From Promethearchaeia archaeon (lineage in GTDB: Archaea; Asgardarchaeota; Lokiarchaeia; Sigyniarchaeales; SOKP01): DNA of 18,907 nucleotides. Shown here in pieces: positions 1 through 8,005 of the stretch. Location of the stretch: positions 1 to 18,907 of the forward strand of contig JAHQWJ010000125.1 of assembly GCA_029856125.1 (NCBI GenBank). Reading direction: 5' to 3'. The translations under genes and the position numbers were made by a program. The notes beneath the pieces are model-generated. The model worked only from the letters and a program-made list of their open reading frames with translations, was not told where the DNA came from and ran no database searches. Each line of letters starts with the position of its first letter. Position 1 is the stretch's first letter.

Positions 1-1291
1 ATCCTACAGAGATGTCGGCGTAATCTGATGTTAAATCTTCACAAAAATGACAATTATCGCGAGCGTATTTTTGCACTTCTTTGAGGGGTACATCCATTTG
101 CTCTCCAGATTTCAAATTTATTATAAAATTACCGCCTCCAATATTCATTTTGGTAAGTTCGTTAATGTCCTTGTTGAACTGTTCTTTAGCTAAATTAATT
201 ATTCTGTCATAAGGAAAAGCTTCCATACAAAAAAGCCCGATCTTGTATTCTATATTTTTAAAAAACGGTAACCCGCTTGGAAACATAGAACCCTTTTCTA
301 TAGCTTTCATCATGCAAGGCACTCCTACGAATGCTATATTCTCGTACTTCTTACATTGATCTATGATGGTTAAAGAAGGCGAGTTTGCATATTTAGTTCC
401 ACCCGTTTGATATAAATCTTTTACACTTTCTACTATTACAGGTTCCGGCCTCCACAGTTCTTCAGAATGCCGAACAGCTACAATAGCATCAACAAGATTA
501 TTATCTAAAAGATATTCCAATATAGAAGTTACAATACCGCCATCTTGACGAACTTTCTTAATATTATCTTTAGTCGTTGATGCTGAGTAAGCGTTAATAT
601 AAGCTCCAGTTTTGTCAGACCATTTTAAAGATTTGTCTAACTTTTTAATGCTTTTGTTAGCTTGATCTATCGAAAAGGAACGTGGACAGACCGAAAAACA
701 CAACCCACATTTCATGCAAATATCTCCATCAATTTCAAGAGTGTCTGCCGTCACTACAATGGCGTTTACAGGACAAATTGATGAACACCATCCACATTGA
801 CAACATACGCCAGCCTGGAAAACTATAGAAACAGGCTCAAAGTATTGCTCAGTTGGTAATTCTTTCAATTGGTATCTATAAAAGTATTCCTTAACCTCTA
901 CTTCTTTTTCTTCTCCTTTAATTTTTTTAATAACCGTTTTAGTTTTTATCTCTACATGCTCCTGAACATATCCTTGCTCTTTTAGATAAATGACATCTCT
1001 GATAACATTCTCAGCGGGAAAATCTTTAATTTCCTTAACGATTTCTTCTAAAAATAAAGGTTTTTTACCCATTAATTTTTCTAAAACTAATTTTCGCCCT
1101 GTTTCAGCGTCAATCATTGCATCGAGGATTTCGTAAAATTCAACTTCAGTAAATTTACCAACTTTCAAGATTTCATCTTTAGCCTCAAAAAATGCTCTAA
1201 TCTGAAAGTTTCCCGAGGCTTGATATGTGGCTTCCATTAAATCATCAGGCGAAATACCCTGAAATGATTTATTATTTACTATTTGAACCAT
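1..1291 (-). CDS. frhB: FrhB/FdhB-family (coenzyme F420 hydrogenase/dehydrogenase beta subunit) protein with ~150-aa N-terminal extension and 2x[4Fe-4S] domain; 3' end runs off the window
   Basis: Not in the ORF track. Manual translation from ATG 1291 (MVQIVNNKSF...) is open to the window edge. It contains CCQCGWCSSICP and CMKCGLCFSVCP ferredoxin motifs, then the FrhB motifs RQDGGIVT, GGTKY, FVGVPC, IGLFCME and CHFCEDLTSDYADISVG. Confidence 0.9.
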   Translation of the reverse strand, partial: MVQIVNNKSFQGISPDDLMEATYQASGNFQIRAFFEAKDEILKVGKFTEVEFYEILDAMIDAETGRKLVLEKLMGKKPLFLEEIVKEIKDFPAENVIRDVIYLKEQGYVQEHVEIKTKTVIKKIKGEEKEVEVKEYFYRYQLKELPTEQYFEPVSIVFQAGVCCQCGWCSSICPVNAIVVTADTLEIDGDICMKCGLCFSVCPRSFSIDQANKSIKKLDKSLKWSDKTGAYINAYSASTTKDNIKKVRQDGGIVTSILEYLLDNNLVDAIVAVRHSEELWRPEPVIVESVKDLYQTGGTKYANSPSLTIIDQCKKYENIAFVGVPCMMKAIEKGSMFPSGLPFFKNIEYKIGLFCMEAFPYDRIINLAKEQFNKDINELTKMNIGGGNFIINLKSGEQMDVPLKEVQKYARDNCHFCEDLTSDYADISVG

Positions 1292-1350
1292 TATTCATAC
1301 TTTTACCTATTTAATTACCATAAATTTGATTATTAATAAAAATTATATTA

Positions 1351-1421
1351 CACTCCCTCTCCTTCGCAAGGTAAGTCATCTTATAACTATTATTTTTTTA
1401 TAAGACTCATCCTAGGGAGTG
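1351..1421 (-). promoter_or_regulatory. Eukaryote-like (Lokiarchaeal-type) SECIS element
   Basis: The minus strand reads CACUCCCU-AGG-AUGAG-UCUUAUAA-AAAAAUAAUAG-UUAUAAGA-UGAC-UUACCUUGCGAAGGAG-AGGGAGUG. This gives an 8-bp lower helix, an AUGA/GA core, an 8-bp upper helix and an A-rich apical loop. It lies directly 3' of genes with Cys-aligned UGAs. Confidence 0.85.
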
Positions 1422-1861
1422 GTTACTACTTTTTGCTTTAATTCCTTATTTTCCATAGTTTTTATCGGATTGGGTCCAGATCGTTTTATCTTTTCGTACG
1501 CATCTTCGACGCTTTTGACGAGCTTATCTGCTTCTGCCCCACTTAACCAATACATATTAATTCGTTGGTTTCCATAACCTCTAGAATCCAATATTCTATT
1601 AGCTAAATCGACATGCCGTTGAGCAGTAAAATTACCTTGTTTAAACTCGCATTCATTTGGTCGTCATCCAACAATCATAACTCCATCAGCCCCACCTTTT
1701 ATCCCATATAAGATGTGTTTTACATCAACTCTTCCCGTACACCTTACTTTGATGATTTTGACTGATGCCGTGTATTTCATTCGAGCAACGCCAGCTAAAT
1801 CCGCAGCAGAATACCCTCATTTCAAACACGCAAACATTAGAATTTTATAATCGTTCTCCAT
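1412..1861 (-). CDS. mvhD: Selenocysteine-containing MvhD/VhuD [2Fe-2S] subunit, 149 aa, Sec15 (TGA 1817-1819) and Sec66 (TGA 1664-1666)
   Basis: Manual translation: MENDYKILMFACLK(U)GYSAADLAGVARMKY...KVRCTGRVD...GADGVMIVG(U)RPNECEF...GNF...SGAEA...GPNPI, ending at TAG 1412-1414. The TGAs sit at the two positions that are Sec in methanococcal VhuD. SD AGGAGGT at 1870-1876. Confidence 0.95.
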
Positions 1862-1866
1862 TTGAT

Positions 1867-3807
1867 TTAACCTCCTTCTAACATTCCGTCAATTTCAGTG
1901 AATAATTGATAATCTCTAAAGTATCTAATGTCTATCGCGTTAGTTGGACAACATGTAGCGCAAATTCCGCATCCATCGCAGTTTATTTCGTCAACAATTG
2001 CCTTTTCTTCGTCAACAACAGTTATTGCATTTTTCGGGCATGCTTTTTCGCATCTCTTACAAGCAATACATAAGTCATTAGAAACTTCTGCAATTATTAG
2101 TTCGATGTCTACTTCTCCTGGAGCGGTTAATTCAGCCACCTTACTCGCTGCAGCTCTAGCTTGAGAAACTGAATACGCGATATCTTTTGGACCTTGGGCA
2201 AACCCTGCAATGAAAACGCCTTTTGTCTTAGTTTCCTGTGGCATTAACCCAAAGTGAGATTCAGTTAAAAATCCATTTATATCGGCATCTAAGTTTAATA
2301 CTCTTGAAATCTGCTCTGTTCCCTTTGAAGGTAACGCAGCAGTAGATAAGATTACTAGATCTGCGCTAATTTTAATGATCTCGTCGGTTAATGACGAATA
2401 CACTCGAATGTTTACATTCTTTGTCTCGGGGTCTTCAGAGAATTCTCCTACTTTTCCCCGAATCATTCTTATATCTGACTGTTTAGCTCTCTGATAATAT
2501 TCTTCGAAGCCCTTTTCGTTAGTCCTCATGTCAATATAACAGATGGTAATATTAGCGTTAGGGAATTCTTCTTTAAGCAATTTTCCGTTTTTTAGTGCTA
2601 ACATGCAACAAACGCCGCTACAATAAGGTCTTTCCGTATCCCGGCTTCCTACGCATTGAATAAACACAATTTCCTCGGGTTCCTTTGAATCCGAGATTCT
2701 GTGAACGTGTCCTTCTAATGGTCCATTTGGAGCAAGAATTCTTTCAAGTTGGGGTTGAGTAATGACATTTTCAAAATTTCCGTATCCATACTCTCCGTAC
2801 GGTTCGTAAATATCCCACCCCGTTGCTACTATAATCGATCCTACCTTGAAAGTAACTTCTTCAGGCACTTGACTAAAGTCTATAGCCTCTAATTCACAGG
2901 CTTCAACACAACTAAAGCATTCTACGCACACATCTCTGTGAATGTCATATAAGAATGGTACGGCTTGTCCAAATGCAATATCAATAGCTCTTCGAGGTCC
3001 TAGGTGTTCGTCAAAGAAATTTGAAGTAATGATAGGACAGACTTCCGTACAAGCCCCGCATCCATTACAGTCATTGTTTACGTACCGTGGTTTCTTTTCC
3101 ACGATAATATTATAATTTCCAACATAGCCTTCAACTCTTTTCACTTCACTATAGCTGAGAATCTCTATATTTTCATGCCGATTGACTTCGAGCATAACAG
3201 GGCCACAGATTCATATCGAACAGTCGTCAGTAGGGAATGTTCTATCTAGTTCTGCCATCCTTCCGCCTATCGTAGTTTTGCTTTCAACAAGAAACACTTT
3301 TATTCCTTCGTTTGCTAGATCTAAAGCAGCGTTCATTCCGGCTATACCCCCACCTACGATGAGAGTCGCTTTTTCAACGGGAACCGTTCTCACGGGAACC
3401 GGTGCCAAGGTCTTTGCTCGGTTAACTCCACTGTTAACTAAGATTTTTGCTTTTTTCAATGCTTCTTCATTATCTTCAGTACACCAAGAACAATGTTCTC
3501 TCACATTGACCATTTGAAAATGGTAAGGGTTTAAATCCGTTTTAGCGAGAGAGCCTCTATAAATTGGTTCGTGAGTTCGAGGAGTTCAAGCGGAAGCAAC
3601 AACACAATCAAGATTTTTCTCATTTATATCATCTATGATTTCTTGTTGCCCACTTTCAGTTCAAAGGAACGCATGAGTTTTCGATATTATGACATCATCT
3701 AAGTCTTTAGCAAATTCAACTAGTTTATCGCAATCTACCTTTCTTTTTATGTTAATTCCTCACTGGCAAGCATAGTATCCAATCCGATGATTTTCAGATT
3801 TTTCCAT
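1867..3807 (-). CDS. hdrA: Heterodisulfide reductase subunit A, multi-selenocysteine form, 646 aa, Sec16/49/74/199
   Basis: Track ORFs 3211-3513 and 1867-3195 share one frame with ATG 3807, interrupted only by TGA at 3760-3762, 3661-3663, 3586-3588 and 3211-3213. It reads RIGYYACQ(U)GINI...AFL(U)TESGQ...VVASA(U)TPRTHE...NVREHCSW...IVGGGIAG...TFPTDDCSI(U)ICGP. It then has four CxxCxxCxxxC motifs, QCVGSR and YCSGVCC. Confidence 0.95.
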
Positions 3808-3820
3808 TTTCTTTTATACT

Positions 3821-3827
3821 CCACCTC
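3821..3827 (-). promoter_or_regulatory. Shine-Dalgarno-like sequence upstream of hdrA
   Basis: GAGGTGG on the minus strand, 13 nt before ATG 3807. Confidence 0.5.
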
Positions 3828-4121
3828 TATTTTTACAATTATGTATAATATTTTCTATAATTAATTATTTTTCGTCCTTTATCGTTTTCCGACATTATTG
3901 ATGAATTTGTGTCGAAAAAATTACTTAAATAAATGAAATTTTATTAAATTTATTATTTAAGTTAGTTTTTATGTTATATATTATATTATTTTCTATTTAA
4001 CGATATAGTAAAAGCTAATCATTAAATTAATGATATAAAAAAAAACCTGATTCTTTAATCTAAGAAATCTTATTTCCTATAAATAAAAAAGGCGTTAAAT
4101 TCACAACTTTTTAATATTTTA

Positions 4122-5264
4122 TTACGCTGATTGAACTTGATTTACACTTGAGGCTCGTTCTTGGCGTTCAATAAAATTTACTGTTAGTTCCTCTAACTTT
4201 TCTACTTTCTTTTCTAGTAGTTCTATTCGATTAAAATTCGCTGCTAAGATTTTTCTGATTAGTTTGTTTTCTGAAATTGTAAACGCTCCAACTTTTTTTC
4301 TGAAAAATTTATTCCTTCGATAAGACTCCGATCTTTTTAAGAGATTTAATCGAATTATCCATTTAATAGCGGGCATAAAATGTTTTCTAGGACCAATTCT
4401 CTTTTTAACATCCCTATAATAATCTTCAAGCGTATGTTTTTGGTATTTTAGGAAGTTTTGAGATTTATTGGTGTTCATGAAGCCACAATGAAAGTCTTTT
4501 TCAGTAAATCCTTCTTCAGGTAGGAAATTTCTACCTAACCCAAATATCTCCATCATATCGTTAAGGTACTCTCTATATGTTATTCTACATTGCTTTCCCC
4601 CGGCTAAATTGAAAGTTTCACCCCATACCTCATTGCACTCAATTGCGTTTATTAAAGCTAATCCAACATCTTTCGTATCACAAATTTCGATAGAAGTATC
4701 TAAAGGCATGTGAAACATTAGAGGATCCATATTAAGTTTATCGATGGATGTTATGTAGGTTAATCTAAATATTGCGAAATCTACACCCGCTTCTCTAATC
4801 AACTTTTCAGCAGAAATTTTGGTTATTGCATAATAATCTCCCTTGCTTGGGGCGAGGGGATCGGTAACTTCTATCATTGGATTGTATCGGCGATCTCCAT
4901 AAACAGCCACTGAGGAGGTAAATATCAATTTTGGTTTGTGTAATTGTTTGTTGATCACATCTAGAATATTTTTAGTACCTCCAACGTTTACAGATTCAGC
5001 CAACTCGGGATTAGCATCTGCTAACGGTGGAATAATTGCAGCCAGATGGATTATTATATCTTGATTTTGAACAGCACTATCGACATCTTTCCTATTTCTG
5101 AGGTCGCCCCAAATAATCTCTATTCTATTCTTGAATTTTTTAGCGAGCTTTCTGTTTTTTCGGTTATAGACTTCAAAAACTCTGACATGATAATCTGTAT
5201 TCAGTAATTCCTTTAAAGTGCTCAAACCTACATTTCCAAAAGCACCTGTCAATAATATTTTCAT
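4122..5264 (-). CDS. Extended SDR / NAD-dependent epimerase-dehydratase family protein
   Basis: TGAFGNVG Rossmann motif, HLAA, VNVGGT, TSSVAVYG and catalytic YAITK; short coiled-coil C-terminal tail. Confidence 0.9.
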   Translation of the reverse strand: MKILLTGAFGNVGLSTLKELLNTDYHVRVFEVYNRKNRKLAKKFKNRIEIIWGDLRNRKDVDSAVQNQDIIIHLAAIIPPLADANPELAESVNVGGTKNILDVINKQLHKPKLIFTSSVAVYGDRRYNPMIEVTDPLAPSKGDYYAITKISAEKLIREAGVDFAIFRLTYITSIDKLNMDPLMFHMPLDTSIEICDTKDVGLALINAIECNEVWGETFNLAGGKQCRITYREYLNDMMEIFGLGRNFLPEEGFTEKDFHCGFMNTNKSQNFLKYQKHTLEDYYRDVKKRIGPRKHFMPAIKWIIRLNLLKRSESYRRNKFFRKKVGAFTISENKLIRKILAANFNRIELLEKKVEKLEELTVNFIERQERASSVNQVQSA

Positions 5265-5362
5265 ACCATTCTCCTTATTTAATTTATAATTTTATTCTTC
5301 TTGTCTAAACTGAAACAAAATCCCTACGATATAAGAATTAATCCTAACTAAATAGTTGAATG

Positions 5363-5376
5363 GTTGCGATCGCAAC
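5363..5376. promoter_or_regulatory. Perfect 14-bp palindrome, candidate operator
   Basis: GTTGCGATCGCAAC in the AT-rich divergent gap between the SDR and the HTH regulator. Confidence 0.55.
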
Positions 5377-5439
5377 ATATAATAGATTATATTTATTTTA
5401 CAATTTATACAGTAAAATTATCGTTGGAGTTAAATTCTA

Positions 5440-6120
5440 ATGAAAATCATACGATTACAGATACCAGGCAATTTTTTAGAACATATAGGGTTTGCAGATT
5501 TGTTTCAACATCTTGAATTTATAGAAATTTTAAACGCATTCCAATACGACCAAAATCACTTCTTTGCTCTTCAGAGGATAAGGTTTAAACCGAATATAAT
5601 TAAGGATCTGGATAAATACATTAAGAAAAAATTTAATCCTCAATCCTTCCAGTTATTAAATCAAACTGGAAACGAAATAATTTGCATTATGAATCAGAAT
5701 AAAACTTCTGGATTCTTTCCGATTGTTGACTCAGGTCCATGGGCATTTCTTTTTCCTATTCATGTTTCTCAAGAAGTTCTTTTAATCAATATAATCTCTC
5801 AAAATGAATACGTCAATAAATTATTCGATGTTATTAATTCGTTTACTAAAAAGTTTGAAATCATAGGAATGACCGATTTGGATAAAATTGATGAAGTAGA
5901 TCAAACTATTTGGAGATCCGCAATTCCTTTTCCTAAATTTACAAAAAGACAGCTAGAAGTAGCTTCATTCGCAGCAAAAAAAGGATTCTTCAAAATTCCA
6001 AAAAAAATGAGTGCGGCTCAAATCGCTGAGCATTTTGGGATATCAGAATCAGCTGTTAACAGACTACTTAAAGCTGCAAAAAATTTAGCTATGGAATATT
6101 TTTTTGGATCATTTTTTTAA
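5440..6120 (+). CDS. Archaeal transcriptional regulator with C-terminal bacterio-opsin-activator-type (HTH_10) domain
   Basis: C-terminal FTKRQLEVASFAAKKGFFKIPKKMSAAQIAEHFGISESAVNRLLKAA matches the TxRQ...GYF..P......LA..LGIS pattern. Confidence 0.85.
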   Translation: MKIIRLQIPGNFLEHIGFADLFQHLEFIEILNAFQYDQNHFFALQRIRFKPNIIKDLDKYIKKKFNPQSFQLLNQTGNEIICIMNQNKTSGFFPIVDSGPWAFLFPIHVSQEVLLINIISQNEYVNKLFDVINSFTKKFEIIGMTDLDKIDEVDQTIWRSAIPFPKFTKRQLEVASFAAKKGFFKIPKKMSAAQIAEHFGISESAVNRLLKAAKNLAMEYFFGSFF

Positions 6121-6270
6121 TATAAATGTTTGAAAATGTCAAAATATTAGGGAATTGTGATTTAAAACATAAATTATATTAAAAATATTTTTATAAGTGT
6201 ATAATTTAATAAATTAAAATAATTAGAGTTTTTAATACAAAAAGCAATTCAAAGAAATTTCTATTTTATT

Positions 6271-7884
6271 ATGCCAAACTCAAATCTTTCGCCACAAGAA
6301 ATATTTGATAAGCGAGAAGAGTTTGGATTAGAGAATTCCGTTGAGATGCTAACAGATATTGTTGAAACAGATAAGGATAACGGTAAAAGAAAAAGTGCAA
6401 TTAAATTCCTTGCCAGCATTATAAAATATATTCCTAAATTAAATAATGAGTGCTTTATTACATTGGAAAATATCTTAATTTCTGAAATTAATATTGAAAT
6501 AAAATGTGAAGCAGCAAAAGCTTTAGGAAAACTAAAGAATGAAAAAGCACTTAAACCCCTAAAATGGACCTTAGAACAGAAATCAGCTAATGTTGATTTA
6601 AGATTGGCTACTTTGAAGGCAATAATGAAAACGAAATTTAAAGAAACCCAGATTACAATTTTTATAAATGAATTAGATTCTGAATATAATTCCATCAGAG
6701 AATATGTCAAGAGCCAACTAGTGGGGCTTGAACCTGAAATTCTTATTAGGTTATTGTTGGATAATTTAGAGAGCGAGACCATCTCAAATAAACATAAATC
6801 AGAAATAATCAAATTAATTGGTTATGAACTTTCCAGCATAAATATTTCGTTTCAAGATAGGGATTATATAAAAGTGAAGTATCCAGAGGTTGTTTCAAGT
6901 TTACTTCGAAATAAAGCAGTATTATTAGAACAAATTATTCGAAACTTAAAAACCGAGGATACGGAGTTAATTGACTCTGCAACTTTGATATTGAAACTTT
7001 TAAGTCCCGAGATTAACAGAGATGTAATTAAATTACTGTTAAGCGACGACTTCATTATTAGGAAAAACGCCATCACCATAGCTGGAAGGCTTAAGTTAAA
7101 AGATGCTGTAGAATCATTAATCTCAGGCTTAGATAATATTTACAGCGAAGTTAGCGTTGCCTCGATTGAAGCTTTAGGAGAAATTGGTGATCTTTCTTCT
7201 GTCCCAGAGTTACTCAATATTTTGAATGTTGAGGATATAAGCTTTGAGTACACTGATATAGACATGAAGTTTTACATCATGGACGCCGTAAAGAAAATTT
7301 ATTCGAGCAATAAAGGGGCTAACTTCGATTATCTTTTTTCTAATTTAGAGTCGAACAGTGAAACGCTTAAAGAAAGTATCGCATTCATATTAGGAGATAT
7401 AGGAAATGAGGAGTTTACCGATCCTTTAACAAAATTACTGAAGAGTAAGAATTTGGATGTTAAAAAAAACGCGATTATAAGTCTAGGTAAAATTGGAAAC
7501 ATTAATCCTATCACACACTTGATAGAGATCTTAGAAGATCCCAATTCCTACTGGCTTATTAAAAAAGTAGCAATAGATGCAATTTATAATATTTTTCAGA
7601 GAAATTGGTATCGAATAACGGAAAATAATATAGAATTTAAAAGGATATTAACCAAGCATATTGCCATATTAATCGATGTTTTAAAAAAAAGCGAAGCAGA
7701 AAACGCCAAGGTGAAAATTGGTTTAATAAAATTCTTAGAGTTTTATGGTGACGAACCAGCTTTGAGTGCCCTCCTCGCAAGAGTAAATGATTTTCCTAGA
7801 ATAGTTAGAATACACGCAAGCAATGCGATTAAAAAGATCGAAGATAAGATAGAAGAACGACTCGGTCTCAATAACATCGATTAA
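6271..7884 (+). CDS. HEAT/PBS-lyase-like repeat protein
   Basis: Repeated helical units such as CEAAKALGKL, RKNAITIAGRL, SIEALGEIG, IAFILGDIG and KKNAIISLGKIG. Confidence 0.9.
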   Translation: MPNSNLSPQEIFDKREEFGLENSVEMLTDIVETDKDNGKRKSAIKFLASIIKYIPKLNNECFITLENILISEINIEIKCEAAKALGKLKNEKALKPLKWTLEQKSANVDLRLATLKAIMKTKFKETQITIFINELDSEYNSIREYVKSQLVGLEPEILIRLLLDNLESETISNKHKSEIIKLIGYELSSINISFQDRDYIKVKYPEVVSSLLRNKAVLLEQIIRNLKTEDTELIDSATLILKLLSPEINRDVIKLLLSDDFIIRKNAITIAGRLKLKDAVESLISGLDNIYSEVSVASIEALGEIGDLSSVPELLNILNVEDISFEYTDIDMKFYIMDAVKKIYSSNKGANFDYLFSNLESNSETLKESIAFILGDIGNEEFTDPLTKLLKSKNLDVKKNAIISLGKIGNINPITHLIEILEDPNSYWLIKKVAIDAIYNIFQRNWYRITENNIEFKRILTKHIAILIDVLKKSEAENAKVKIGLIKFLEFYGDEPALSALLARVNDFPRIVRIHASNAIKKIEDKIEERLGLNNID

Positions 7885-8005
7885 AAGTGTAAAAAGACCC
7901 TTTTCCCTTTTTTTAGTAAATTTTAATATATGTAATCCATAACCATAACATAATTATCAAATTATTCAATCTGGCTAATACAAAGTTTTTGATGATTTAT
8001 AGAAA

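Noticed and set aside
1272-1298. 8-codon out-of-frame uORF (MNNGSNSK) overlapping the frhB start
   Set aside because: Expected by chance in AT-rich DNA; there is no supporting evidence.
1867-3513. Track ORFs 1867-3195 and 3211-3513 as separate genes
   Set aside because: They are in-frame fragments of one Sec-containing hdrA.
1664-3762. Bacterial-type SECIS hairpins immediately after each UGA
   Set aside because: Only short, inconsistent 3-4 bp stems are visible by eye, with no shared structure; a folding analysis would be needed to exclude them fully.
1412-3807. hdrA and mvhD as pseudogenes with nonsense mutations
   Set aside because: All six interruptions are TGA, all fall at conserved Cys positions, there are no frameshifts, and a SECIS-like hairpin follows.
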